A stretch of 64,000 bases of DNA from an uncultured virus (IMG/VR IMGVR_UViG_3300013121_000021) (IMGVR_UViG_3300013121_000021), one strand, 5' to 3'; positions 51,009-60,384 are shown, counted from the stretch's first letter. Made by a program: numbers and translations. Notes: generated by a model from the sequence alone, not told the origin.

Positions 51009-52016
51009 TTAGGCCGCCTTCTTTTCCCTCTTCGGAGGCTTCTCAAAGATCTCCCTCAAAGTCCTTTGAGGGTGAGTGTACCCCAATTTCACCTGTTCGT
51101 ATCTTCCCTTGAGTGGCAGATTTTCGAATTGTCGCCAATATGTCCACATATCAGCGAGAAATTCCTTGATCATATAACGCACTGCGGCGTTATGCTTATG
51201 ACCTTTGGATTTTCCTTCCCAATTGGGATGCATGTCAAGACGTTGCTTGTAATTATCGTAAACCGTACGATATGGTCCACCCATCTTAATGAAAGATGGA
51301 CCAAGAACTCCAAGCAGTTTGGTTTTAACAAAGGGATTAAACGTAATCCCTTTCGTCTTAACCAGTTCACCTTCCATGTCGATATATTCCTTATCGACCA
51401 AGTGTGCTTTTCGGCGCGAACGCCCTTCCGAGTGGATCACTCCATCATCATCTTCATAGACGACAACGTCCACCCCACAGTACTTGTGAAGCGCAGCGAT
51501 CGAATTACACTTAGTAATATCGATCTCCGACAAAATAACGCCTGCCATTCGCGGTCCAACTCCATGGACATTGACCAAGTAATAATTGTAGAACGGGTAA
51601 TTTACCAATTCTTTAGCTACCAATTCAGCATAGATGTCTTCGGAGGCTCGCATGTGATCAAAAGCTTCGAAGATGCGAATGTCATCTTGCGTTTTCAAAA
51701 GAGTGATTTCCTTATCTTCTTTGTAGTTTTTCGGCAGACGAACCCGACGCTTCGCCATGTCCAATACCTCGTCGGACATCAGGCGGTTTTCAATCTTGAC
51801 TTTCGTCTTGATGTGGTCATACTCTTCCTTGAGGATCTTGAGCAATTTCTTGCTCTTCTCTTCTTGCTCATCCTTGTTTAAGGCGGCATATTGCTCCTCG
51901 GTTAAACCGAGGGCGTTTCTGAAGATTTGTACCAGCCGATTGCCGATACTAATCCTCAATTTCTGTTGGTCGTACATCGTACGAACCAGCATCCCAAGAC
52001 GGGACTTCATACTCAT
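51009..52016 (-). CDS. Nop/IS110-like RNA-binding protein without a nuclease domain (TasA-like TIGR-associated protein)
   Basis: N-terminal helix LVRTMYDQQKLRISIGNRL; VHGVGPRMAGVILSEIDITKCNSIAALHKYCG aligns with the IS110/Nop helical motif (IPGIGP..A..LLAEI......L..YAG); FNPFVKTKL...YDNYKQRL...HKHNAAVRYMIKEFL. No RuvC DEDD or HNH motif. AGAGGA RBS. Confidence 0.8.
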   Translation of the reverse strand: MSMKSRLGMLVRTMYDQQKLRISIGNRLVQIFRNALGLTEEQYAALNKDEQEEKSKKLLKILKEEYDHIKTKVKIENRLMSDEVLDMAKRRVRLPKNYKEDKEITLLKTQDDIRIFEAFDHMRASEDIYAELVAKELVNYPFYNYYLVNVHGVGPRMAGVILSEIDITKCNSIAALHKYCGVDVVVYEDDDGVIHSEGRSRRKAHLVDKEYIDMEGELVKTKGITFNPFVKTKLLGVLGPSFIKMGGPYRTVYDNYKQRLDMHPNWEGKSKGHKHNAAVRYMIKEFLADMWTYWRQFENLPLKGRYEQVKLGYTHPQRTLREIFEKPPKREKKAA

Positions 52017-52085
52017 TTTTGTTTCCTCTTATAACTTTGTGAGACTTTTTAACAAAAAAGAAAGATAACATCTTCCTTTTCTATT

Positions 52086-52100
52086 ATATAATATCTATAT
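52086..52100 (-). promoter_or_regulatory. Promoter-like motif ATATAGATATTATAT upstream of the tasA-like gene
   Basis: Exact 15-mer about 70 nt upstream of the start codon. Confidence 0.6.
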
Positions 52101-52104
52101 AAAA

Positions 52105-52485
52105 TTATTGTAAAATTAGCTCTAAATCTAGGTCTGTATTATAACCTGGATTTCGTCTACCTTGTTTATCCCAAGTAAGTTGATAATCATCATCCACAAT
52201 CCCAGTTAACATAATTTTTTGATTATTCTTCATTGTAAACTTAGTTAATTGTGTGATTATTTTTCCAGATTTAGTTCTAACTATATACTTTTTACTTAAT
52301 GCTTTATTAATATCAAATTCTAAATCATCAATACTATCAATTAAACTATTAATTCGTTCTAAACGAATTGCACCAGCTTCTGCACCTTGTGATGTTTCCC
52401 ACCATCCATCAATAGAGCTAGTTTCACATTCATCTATTCCTTTAAGAATTTCATTTATTTTATCTTTTAGATATTGTTTGTTCAT
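52105..52485 (-). CDS. Hypothetical phage protein
   Basis: GWWETS.GA..G motif; FDI.KAL....V.T..G C-terminal module. Confidence 0.6.
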   Translation of the reverse strand: MNKQYLKDKINEILKGIDECETSSIDGWWETSQGAEAGAIRLERINSLIDSIDDLEFDINKALSKKYIVRTKSGKIITQLTKFTMKNNQKIMLTGIVDDDYQLTWDKQGRRNPGYNTDLDLELILQ

Positions 52486-52513
52486 ATAGATTTATTATAT
52501 AAAAAGAAAAAAT

Positions 52514-52543
52514 AAACCAGATCAGATAATACTGATCTGGTTT
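52514..52543 (-). terminator. Intrinsic terminator
   Basis: AAACCAGATCAG/CTGATCTGGTTT stem followed by a U-tract on the minus strand. Confidence 0.65.
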
Positions 52544-52703
52544 CGTCGGGATATATTGAAAACTAATTGAAATTTCAAATATTTTGTCAATTAAACGAGG
52601 AGGAGAACTCTTCAACTAACAACTCAAAAATAGAAATATTAGTTTTTTTCCGACAAGTTGTATATTCATTAACAACTTGTTAAATTATATCTATATATTT
52701 TTC

Positions 52704-53009
52704 TTAAAACCCCAAATCGTCTAAAGATAAAATATGTTTTGATATTATGTCATATGGAAAAGAAGAAGATCCATATCTTCTATTTGTATATTCAGGAATA
52801 GAAACTATTACTTCTATTCTTGTAGAAGTATGATAATTAATTCCAACATAGGTAGAATCTTTACTAAAATTTATTTTAATATATTTTTTAACGGCGTTTA
52901 TAATATCTTTTAAAGGAATATCATTATATGATTTTGGTAAATCATAAATTGGTTGTTTTGTTGGTTGTTCTGGAACGGCAAAGAACATTAATTGTGAAAT
53001 ATCAATCAT
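52704..53009 (-). CDS. Hypothetical protein
   Basis: ATGA-coupled to the helicase gene. Confidence 0.55.
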   Translation of the reverse strand: MIDISQLMFFAVPEQPTKQPIYDLPKSYNDIPLKDIINAVKKYIKINFSKDSTYVGINYHTSTRIEVIVSIPEYTNRRYGSSSFPYDIISKHILSLDDLGF

Positions 53010-54391
53010 GACTTATGTTTATATCCATATGGAAAAAGATAATCTACTAATACTAATGAAGTCTTACATCTGGTAATAGCAGTATATAACCATTTATCAC
53101 TATATTGTTTAAACATCATTGATTCATTAAGAATCAATCCTTTATTTGCTTCGCTTCCTTGTGCTTTATGAACAGTTAATGCTCTACCAAAAGAAACTTC
53201 TACTATTTTATTAAAAGGATAACTTTCCCAATTAATTTTATACTTTCTTAAAAATTCAGTTTGTATATAAGGAAATTTTGGTAATTTATTTGAACGCCTA
53301 AATTTTCTTATAGTAGAATAACATGACATTAAAATTTGATATTCATCTTCATCTTGTTCAGATAAATAATGTTTAAAAATTGGTTTTATTAATAATGATC
53401 CTCCTTCTTCATTTTTAACAAACATTGTTGGAATATTTGTCCAATTTATTTTTTTATTTAAAGGATATGATGAATAATCATCTTGAACTATTAACATATC
53501 AGAATTATAAATATCTAAATCATAGTTATTTTTCCAAACAATTAAAGTTTCATCTTTAACGGGAAATCTATTAGTATTATATCCTTTTAATTGTCTATAA
53601 TAATCATTTATTCGTTTTACACTTCTATTAGAACCGCATAAAATAAGATCTGAATCTAAAACTAAATCTTCTCTATGTTTATCTAATTGTATTGATTTTA
53701 AATATTTATAAGCTGGTAATTGATAATTTTCAAAATAATTTAATTTACCACCATCTCTTACTTTATTAGCAGCAAATAATATAGGACTATCTTGTGCTTG
53801 TCTATGTATTTCTGTTAATATAAAGTTTGGATCTTTTAAAACGGAAAAATTTAAACCGTATATTTTTTCTTCATCTTTAGATAAAATAGGAGGTAATTGA
53901 AAATTATCTCCAATATATAATATTGGTAATCCTACTTCTACCAAATCAATATGAATAGATGGAGTTATCATTGAACTCTCATCTACTATTAATAAATCAT
54001 GCTCGCTTTTAATTTCTTCTACATTTTTTCTTATAAATTCAATTTCATTTGAATCAGAAGTTTTAACTTCATACAATAAATTATGAATTGTTTTTGCTTT
54101 TGTTACACCTTTCTTTTGAAGTATTTTTTTAGCTTTATTTGTAAATGCTATAACCGCAGGTTGAACTCCAAATGTATTCTCAGTGCTATTATTACATTTT
54201 TTATCAATTTTAATTGCTTCAGTTTGATATTTTTTATATTCAGATATAATATAATTTATAAGATATGATTTGCCAGTACCAGCATTTCCAACCAAAGAAA
54301 AATATTTTTTTAATTTGTTTTTAGGATCAAAATTAATTTTCCATTGTGAAAAATTATCATATGCTTCTTGTTGCTGATCTGTTAGTTTCAT
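53006..54391 (-). CDS. RecD/Dda-like superfamily 1B DNA helicase
   Basis: Walker A GNAGTGKS, AFTNKA, TIH, IVDESSM, IGDNFQLPP, LTEIHRQ, ALTVHKAQGSE, LYTAITR. Confidence 0.9.
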   Translation of the reverse strand: MKLTDQQQEAYDNFSQWKINFDPKNKLKKYFSLVGNAGTGKSYLINYIISEYKKYQTEAIKIDKKCNNSTENTFGVQPAVIAFTNKAKKILQKKGVTKAKTIHNLLYEVKTSDSNEIEFIRKNVEEIKSEHDLLIVDESSMITPSIHIDLVEVGLPILYIGDNFQLPPILSKDEEKIYGLNFSVLKDPNFILTEIHRQAQDSPILFAANKVRDGGKLNYFENYQLPAYKYLKSIQLDKHREDLVLDSDLILCGSNRSVKRINDYYRQLKGYNTNRFPVKDETLIVWKNNYDLDIYNSDMLIVQDDYSSYPLNKKINWTNIPTMFVKNEEGGSLLIKPIFKHYLSEQDEDEYQILMSCYSTIRKFRRSNKLPKFPYIQTEFLRKYKINWESYPFNKIVEVSFGRALTVHKAQGSEANKGLILNESMMFKQYSDKWLYTAITRCKTSLVLVDYLFPYGYKHKS

Positions 54392-54458
54392 TTTATATAT
54401 TAAATTATGAAGAAAAAATTTAGGGCTATAAAAATTATAACCCTAAATTAATTAATTA

Positions 54459-54821
54459 TTATACTTCGAATATTGGAGTTGGTTTTAATTTTTCAAAAAC
54501 GCTCTCAATATATGTTAATGGAGTATTGTTGTCAAATTTGGCAATAATTTGACCTAAATGTCCATCTTTTCGAAGAAACATTTTTTTCTCCGATTGATTA
54601 TAAGCGAACATATAAGTCTTTCCATTAATTGTCAACCAAACTCTCGATCGCGTCCGTCCACATTGTGATTGCCAAACTTCAAAAGGAACACCGCGATCTT
54701 GTTTCCATGTTGCATGTCCTAACAAAGTAGGAATAATATTTCTAATTGATGGGACATGATGATTTACTGCAGATTTTCCATAATCAAAAAAATCGCGGAG
54801 ATCAAAAGTTTTTACTTTCAT
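54459..54821 (-). CDS. Protein resembling the integron cassette family VCH_CASS14
   Basis: HH......I..L.G...WK.D...VW..INGK.Y.F.YN...FDN.TPL..I...F..L pattern, recognised from memory. Confidence 0.55.
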   Translation of the reverse strand: MKVKTFDLRDFFDYGKSAVNHHVPSIRNIIPTLLGHATWKQDRGVPFEVWQSQCGRTRSRVWLTINGKTYMFAYNQSEKKMFLRKDGHLGQIIAKFDNNTPLTYIESVFEKLKPTPIFEV

Positions 54822-54855
54822 TCTAACAACCTCTTGAGGTTTGGTTCATAGGACA

Positions 54856-54870
54856 ATATAATATCTATAT
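54856..54870 (-). promoter_or_regulatory. Promoter-like motif ATATAGATATTATAT
   Basis: Exact copy upstream of 54821. Confidence 0.6.
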
Positions 54871-54921
54871 AAAAACTAAAAAAATCTCAGAAATCCATTC
54901 TGAGATTTAAATTTTTAAATG

Positions 54922-55242
54922 TTAATGAGCAAATATACCCAAAATGGGTATATGCTGCATTATCCCCAAATATGGGGTATTGTTATACTTCGCCAACTGG
55001 CGTTTCTTCCTTTCGAGACGCATTTCCATATCAACCAATTGCATCTGCCGTTCGTATTGAATCAACTGATCTTCCGTGATCTGAGCTTGGAACTGTCCAC
55101 GTGTACTATTCAAGTACGCTGTGTCAGAGCCAGCCCCTATTGATGAAATACTGCTACCCGGACGGGTAACAGCACAACCACTTATTGATACTGCTCCAAA
55201 TGCTAGGAGCAGTATCAGCAACCAAGTAATTAACTTGTTCAT
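54922..55242 (-). CDS. Putative lipoprotein
   Basis: GAGGAG RBS; MNKLITWLLILLLAFGAVSISGC lipobox-like signal. Confidence 0.65.
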   Translation of the reverse strand: MNKLITWLLILLLAFGAVSISGCAVTRPGSSISSIGAGSDTAYLNSTRGQFQAQITEDQLIQYERQMQLVDMEMRLERKKRQLAKYNNTPYLGIMQHIPILGIFAH

Positions 55243-55253
55243 GATATTACTCC

Positions 55254-55679
55254 TCATTTTGGAACAGGAGGTGTATTCGGAGGTAACCATGGCGGATAAT
55301 ACGGAATCATTCCGCCACCGCCCATACCACCGAACATACCACCGAAACCACCATAAGGCACAACGACCGGATTATTAGGCTTGGTGATATTGTATCCCCA
55401 AGCATTGGTTTCGACTTGCATCCTGCGAGCTTCGTTTTCCGTTTGTTGGTCTAATAAGTAACTCATCCTGTCCATATTACGACTTTGAACTGCATTCCAT
55501 TGCGCTACCGCCGCAGTGGCGGTAGAGATTCTCACTTCCTGTGCGTTCGGCACAGGAGTTTGAAAGCACCCAAAAAGTGCTATAGTCGTTAAGAACAACC
55601 CAATCCATAGAACAAATCTCACCATCCCTGGTAAGATATTAATCTCCTTGCGGAGATCATTGATAAAAGTATTATTCAT
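55254..55679 (-). CDS. Putative lipoprotein with Gly/Pro-rich tail
   Basis: AGGAG RBS; hydrophobic stretch ending ALFGC. Confidence 0.65.
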   Translation of the reverse strand: MNNTFINDLRKEINILPGMVRFVLWIGLFLTTIALFGCFQTPVPNAQEVRISTATAAVAQWNAVQSRNMDRMSYLLDQQTENEARRMQVETNAWGYNITKPNNPVVVPYGGFGGMFGGMGGGGMIPYYPPWLPPNTPPVPK

Positions 55680-55718
55680 TTGAATCTCCTAAGATATTAT
55701 TCACATTTCTGTGTTATT

Positions 55719-55733
55719 ATATAATATCTATAT
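55719..55733 (-). promoter_or_regulatory. Promoter-like motif ATATAGATATTATAT
   Basis: Exact copy upstream of 55679. Confidence 0.6.
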
Positions 55734-55748
55734 GAAAATTCTTGAATT

Positions 55749-56348
55749 TTAACGCAAAAAATTGGGTTTAAATCCTTTCCGATTTAAATAATCTAATGTA
55801 TTTTTAACTACTTTACTATCAACATTATGATTTTTTATTTCTTTAACTAATCTATTAATAATAGCAATTAAATCTTCTATTTGATTATCTTTAGTTTTAA
55901 TAGTATTTTTATCTAAATCGACTCTCATTATACGTTCATGTAATGCTGCTTCTTTCCAAGTTTCAAATCCATCTGGACCTTGAAACTCTATTTTTAACTT
56001 TTCTAATTGAATATTAAGTTCAAGATTTTCTTTTCTTAACTTTTCTAATTGAACATTAAGTTCAATATTTTCATTATTTAATTTTTCAGCTCTTCTTTGA
56101 GCTATTTCCATACCAATTGAAGAACTTTCTAACAATTTTGTCCACTTAGATAAATCTCCTAATTTATTTTCAAATTCATTTAACGCATCTCTTATTCCTT
56201 TATTAAATTCATCAAAATCAATTTGAGAATCGCAAAGTATTCTTAATTCATCAATTGTTTTTTCTTTTCTAAATAATTCACCTAATGCGTAATCATATCC
56301 TTTAATATATTTTTGTCTCGTCCTGTCTTTAAAATATTTTTTAAGCAT
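55749..56348 (-). CDS. Coiled-coil hypothetical protein
   Basis: Internal repeat ENxELNxQLEKL; GPDGFETWKEAA..ER motif. Confidence 0.6.
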   Translation of the reverse strand: MLKKYFKDRTRQKYIKGYDYALGELFRKEKTIDELRILCDSQIDFDEFNKGIRDALNEFENKLGDLSKWTKLLESSSIGMEIAQRRAEKLNNENIELNVQLEKLRKENLELNIQLEKLKIEFQGPDGFETWKEAALHERIMRVDLDKNTIKTKDNQIEDLIAIINRLVKEIKNHNVDSKVVKNTLDYLNRKGFKPNFLR

Positions 56349-56916
56349 TATTTAATTCATTAGTGATAAAATTATTTAATTCATCATATTGAATAGTTGA
56401 GATTATCGGATTAGTAATAGGGATTTCTGCATAATATTTTTGATATATTTCAAATAATTTAGGAAGTTTATCTTTTAATTGATTTGTAGTATTAATAGTT
56501 TTTAAAGTTTTTTCTAATTCAAGTTTAAGATTTTTTTTCTCTTCAATAGTAAATTCATATTGATCTTCATTTTCAATATATCTTGAAAGATATAATTCAA
56601 CATTTACTTTGTAAAGTTCTGGAGTTTCCATTGGAGAAAAATATGCAATTCTTATATTAGTTCCCCATGGTTTATAATCACTAAATTTTACTTCAATATA
56701 TTTTTCATTATATTTAATAGAACATTTTGAAATAACTGAAGTAAACCAAGTTGGGAATCTTTTTATTTCATGTAAATTATAAGTATCTATAATTAATTCA
56801 TAAATTTGATCACCAATTCTTGTTAATTCAGAATCTATTTCCTTTAATGAAGTTTGATAAATTAAATCTAAAGTTTTAGATATTAAACAATTTTTGATAT
56901 GGTTTGAAAGTTTCAT
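56341..56916 (-). CDS. Hypothetical protein (possibly Nmad5-like)
   Basis: MKLS..IK..L.. start and TINT..QL....P C-terminal pattern; weak. Confidence 0.45.
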   Translation of the reverse strand: MKLSNHIKNCLISKTLDLIYQTSLKEIDSELTRIGDQIYELIIDTYNLHEIKRFPTWFTSVISKCSIKYNEKYIEVKFSDYKPWGTNIRIAYFSPMETPELYKVNVELYLSRYIENEDQYEFTIEEKKNLKLELEKTLKTINTTNQLKDKLPKLFEIYQKYYAEIPITNPIISTIQYDELNNFITNELNNA

Positions 56917-56922
56917 AATATT

Positions 56923-57096
56923 TCAATAAAGAATTGGATACTCAGTTTTAGAGTCATCTTTTGTAAGCCAAGTAAGAGCTGCAACTATACCTTCTTCATA
57001 AGACATAGCATGAAATCTTGTTCCTTCTTTATCCATAATATCATTTGCTTCATCAATTAATTTATTAATTTCTTCTTCAGTACGTTTAATACTCAT
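56923..57096 (-). CDS. Small hypothetical protein (57 aa, not in ORF track)
   Basis: MSIKRTEEEINKLIDEA...MSYEEGIVAALTWL...; fills the operon gap. Confidence 0.6.
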   Translation of the reverse strand: MSIKRTEEEINKLIDEANDIMDKEGTRFHAMSYEEGIVAALTWLTKDDSKTEYPILY

Positions 57097-57106
57097 ATAA
57101 TTATCT

Positions 57107-57379
57107 TTAATATTTTTCTATATCTTCTTCATCATAAACTAATTCATATGTATGATTACATCCAGTGATTTGTATAATTGACCTATCATCTAAATGTAAT
57201 CTTTCTATTATTTTAGAAAGTATTTCTTTTAAATTTTCATTTTCTTGTCTTAATAAATCTAATCTACCTTCTATATCACTTCCACATAAAAGTGAATTAA
57301 ATTCTGTTGAAAGATCTATTAAATCTTTTATTGATACTTCTTTTATATTATTAAGTTCATATTTTTTTCTTATTTTCAT
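57107..57379 (-). CDS. Hypothetical protein
   Basis: 90 aa, ATGA-coupled. Confidence 0.55.
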   Translation of the reverse strand: MKIRKKYELNNIKEVSIKDLIDLSTEFNSLLCGSDIEGRLDLLRQENENLKEILSKIIERLHLDDRSIIQITGCNHTYELVYDEEDIEKY

Positions 57380-57696
57380 AATAATCTTAATATATAAGTT
57401 TCTTTTAAATATTGATCTGTTATAAAATCTAATAAATATCTAATTATAGCAGTATTAATATATTTTGGATTTCTAGTTTGTCGTTGTAATAGATGAATAG
57501 TAAATAATATAAATTCATCTGAACTTTCAAATTCTGTTTCTAAAAAATATGGTAATTTATATGAAGTAAATCCTTCACCTATTAATTGAATTATAAAATG
57601 ATTTTGTGCTTTTTTTATAACTTTATTTTTTTCAAATTGAATCTCAGTAAAAATAGTTATGTCGTAGTTGTCCAAAAGAATCTTAATCACATACAT
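57376..57696 (-). CDS. Tandem paralogue family member 9 (C-terminal E-Y-x-x-L-K-Y-like motif)
   Basis: Ends LDFITDQYLKETYILRLL. Confidence 0.6.
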   Translation of the reverse strand: MYVIKILLDNYDITIFTEIQFEKNKVIKKAQNHFIIQLIGEGFTSYKLPYFLETEFESSDEFILFTIHLLQRQTRNPKYINTAIIRYLLDFITDQYLKETYILRLL

Positions 57697-57961
57697 ACAT
57701 AAAAAAATAATACTCTTTTTTAAACTGATCTGGTATAAAATCTATTATATAATTTATTACATCTTTAATACATTCATCATAAAAGTATTCTTTTTTAATG
57801 TATTTTATTATTTTTAATATAAATTCTTCTACTAAATATTCTTTTTTATTAAGAGTTCCCGGTATTACTAAAGCAGCTACGAACGGCGCTTGTGGCCATA
57901 TTGATATATTAATTATTTTTGTTTCTATTTCTGAATAAATAGTGATATCAGTATTAAACAT
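57683..57961 (-). CDS. Tandem paralogue family member 8
   Basis: Ends IDFIPDQFKKEYYFFMYVCD. Confidence 0.6.
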   Translation of the reverse strand: MFNTDITIYSEIETKIINISIWPQAPFVAALVIPGTLNKKEYLVEEFILKIIKYIKKEYFYDECIKDVINYIIDFIPDQFKKEYYFFMYVCD

Positions 57962-58292
57962 ATAATAATTTATAATACTCCTTTATATCTTGATTATCTA
58001 ATATTTCTAAAAAATAATTAAATAATATGTCATAATTAATATCATTTCTAATTGATATAAGTATCATAAAATTTTGATTACAAAACTCTTTAAGTAAAAA
58101 AAATGGATCTTTTTTAATTATATCTATAAATTTATCAATATTAAATATAAGTTGCACTTTATTTTTTCTATTTATTTTCCGAATTTTAATCTTTATTTTT
58201 TCATCATCAATAATTTCAAATATTATATTAATTTTTATAGATTTATTCTTTATAGTATTAAATTTATTTACTTTAATAGATATTTCAAGCAT
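57954..58292 (-). CDS. Tandem paralogue family member 7
   Basis: Ends NQDIKEYYKLLYV. Confidence 0.6.
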   Translation of the reverse strand: MLEISIKVNKFNTIKNKSIKINIIFEIIDDEKIKIKIRKINRKNKVQLIFNIDKFIDIIKKDPFFLLKEFCNQNFMILISIRNDINYDILFNYFLEILDNQDIKEYYKLLYV

Positions 58293-58644
58293 ATTTTAAT
58301 ATATAATATTCTTTTAATAATGGGTCATCTATTATATTAAAAAAATAATATCTAAAATTATCACATATAATATCTGAAAAAATTAAATCATTTTGATCGC
58401 AAAAAAACTTTGGTATAAAATATGGTTTATCTTCTAAATTATCTAAAACCCATTCAATTGTCGAAAAGAATTCAACTGGTTTATAATTATCACAATGAAT
58501 TTTAAAATTTAACATATCTGAACTATTTTTTTCAATAATAACATTTAATTCTAAATAGTTTAGAGCTATTGATGAACTTAAAATATTTTGACTTAGATTT
58601 GAAGAATCATCTACTGATATAATACTAACACCAATTTTAAACAT
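58285..58644 (-). CDS. Tandem paralogue family member 6
   Basis: Ends DPLLKEYYILKYA. Confidence 0.6.
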   Translation of the reverse strand: MFKIGVSIISVDDSSNLSQNILSSSIALNYLELNVIIEKNSSDMLNFKIHCDNYKPVEFFSTIEWVLDNLEDKPYFIPKFFCDQNDLIFSDIICDNFRYYFFNIIDDPLLKEYYILKYA

Positions 58645-58990
58645 ATTTTAACCTTAAATATTCTTGAGTATATTTATTTTGTATAAAATTCATTAAATGT
58701 AGCATTATTTCTTTCTTTCCTTCATCTGTTATGTTTAAATTATTTGGAAAATAAACATAATCTATTAATTGTAATATAATTTCATCTGATTCTACTCTAG
58801 AACATAATTTTTTTATGTTTTGTTTTCTTCTTTTTATAGAAGATAAATTTAATAAATGTACTTTTGGTAATTGATGAGTAAAATCATATATTATTACTGT
58901 TTGATATTTATTATTTTTACTAAGTTTCGAATAAATTGTAATTGGTTTAAATAATTCTTCTGATTTAAATTCATAAAATTCAGTAGTCAT
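58637..58990 (-). CDS. Tandem paralogue family member 5
   Basis: Ends NKYTQEYLRLKYV. Confidence 0.6.
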   Translation of the reverse strand: MTTEFYEFKSEELFKPITIYSKLSKNNKYQTVIIYDFTHQLPKVHLLNLSSIKRRKQNIKKLCSRVESDEIILQLIDYVYFPNNLNITDEGKKEIMLHLMNFIQNKYTQEYLRLKYV

Positions 58991-59355
58991 AAATATTTTA
59001 ACTTTAAATATTCACGTTCATGGTTATCTGGATAAAAAGATATCAAAAACTGAACGATATGTTTTCTATCTTCATCATTATTATTTATATCTATTATTTT
59101 TTTAATAAAACTTTCTAATTTCTTTATATTTTTAAACTCTTTCTTTTCTATTCCATAAGCATGTGCTTGAGAATAAGTAGTATCATAAATTATAATATGT
59201 TTACTTTCTACCATAGAAAAAATTGTAATTGGAGATATAATTATACTTGAATCAATAGAAAAATCATAATGCATACGGAATAAATGTTTTGGTAAAACAC
59301 CTAACGGCCCAGTATAAGTTATTGGAAAGTTATGTATTTCTGTGCTAAGTTTCAT
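58987..59355 (-). CDS. Tandem paralogue family member 4
   Basis: Ends DNHEREYLKLKYL. Confidence 0.6.
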   Translation of the reverse strand: MKLSTEIHNFPITYTGPLGVLPKHLFRMHYDFSIDSSIIISPITIFSMVESKHIIIYDTTYSQAHAYGIEKKEFKNIKKLESFIKKIIDINNNDEDRKHIVQFLISFYPDNHEREYLKLKYL

Positions 59356-59654
59356 ATATATTTTAACTTTAAATATTCGCGTTCATTTATATCTTTAATA
59401 AAATCTAATATATATAATATAATTTCTTTTTTATTATTTTGCACATATGTATAATCAATAAATTTTAATGTTTTTTCTATTAATTTTTTTAATTTTTTAT
59501 CATTTGTTTGTTCATATAATTCTAATTGATACGTATATGATTCTGGTTTTCGAATAGACAAATCCCATATACTTAATCTTTTAAGATTATAATTATGGTT
59601 ATTATTTGAAAAAACTAATACACTTTTTTGTTTAGTTAAAATAATATTTAACAT
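59352..59654 (-). CDS. Tandem paralogue family member 3
   Basis: Ends DINEREYLKLKYI. Confidence 0.6.
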   Translation of the reverse strand: MLNIILTKQKSVLVFSNNNHNYNLKRLSIWDLSIRKPESYTYQLELYEQTNDKKLKKLIEKTLKFIDYTYVQNNKKEIILYILDFIKDINEREYLKLKYI

Positions 59655-59995
59655 TATATATACTTTAACTTTAAATATTCTTTAAAAAAAGGATCTAATG
59701 AATATTGGATTACTTGTTCTATTGCTGGATTACATAAATGAGAACTTCTAATGTATAATTTTAAAGATTGAATTGTTTTTTCTATTACTTCATTTGAAGT
59801 ACTTTTTTCTACTTCATTTGAACCAAATTTAAATAAATATTGAAAATTATGAGAAATTGGAGTATGTGTTTTTTCAAATTCATCTTCAACATCATGAAAA
59901 AACATTCTCATTGTTAAATTTACTTTAATAAATTTATTACTATCGAACGGCGAATATATTGAAACTTCTAAACTAAATGGATGTTTTGCTATCAT
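59654..59995 (-). CDS. Tandem paralogue family member 2
   Basis: Ends DPFFKEYLKLKYI. Confidence 0.6.
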   Translation of the reverse strand: MIAKHPFSLEVSIYSPFDSNKFIKVNLTMRMFFHDVEDEFEKTHTPISHNFQYLFKFGSNEVEKSTSNEVIEKTIQSLKLYIRSSHLCNPAIEQVIQYSLDPFFKEYLKLKYI

Positions 59996-60348
59996 ATATA
60001 TTTTAATTTATAAAATTCTTTAATATCTTGATTATAAATTAATTCAATTAAAAATTTTATAACATAATCATGATGAACACTTCTTGAAAATATAAATGAA
60101 AAGAATAAATTATTATCTTTAGGATCAATTTCTTCTACTATATCTATCATATTTATAGTATCTATTAATAATTTATCCATATTATTATATTCTAATATAG
60201 TTTTAGTATTATAACTTAGAATATGTAAAGTTCTTTCAAAAGAAAACATTAAATAAATTATTGTAGCTCCTCTTTTTATTTCATTTTCTTTTACATTAAA
60301 TCCCACCATAGAATAAAATTCTATTCTAGGAAAATTATTATCTATCAT
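59992..60348 (-). CDS. Tandem paralogue family member 1
   Basis: Ends NQDIKEFYKLKYI. Confidence 0.6.
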   Translation of the reverse strand: MIDNNFPRIEFYSMVGFNVKENEIKRGATIIYLMFSFERTLHILSYNTKTILEYNNMDKLLIDTINMIDIVEEIDPKDNNLFFSFIFSRSVHHDYVIKFLIELIYNQDIKEFYKLKYI

Positions 60349-60353
60349 AAAGT

Positions 60354-60384
60354 AAAAAAGCTACTGAAGCTAAATTCAGTAGCT
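60354..60384 (-). terminator. Intrinsic terminator closing the array transcript
   Basis: AGCTACTGAA/TTCAGTAGCT 10-bp stem followed by a U-tract on the minus strand. Confidence 0.7.

Noticed and set aside
51009..52016. Active IS110 transposase / insertion sequence
   Set aside because: No N-terminal RuvC-like DEDD domain, no recognisable catalytic-serine (SG) loop, and the gene uses the phage's own promoter motif and terminator.
50985..52068. Plus-strand ORFs of 298 aa and 103 aa
   Set aside because: Antisense shadows of the GC-richer tasA-like gene; no RBS or recognisable motifs.
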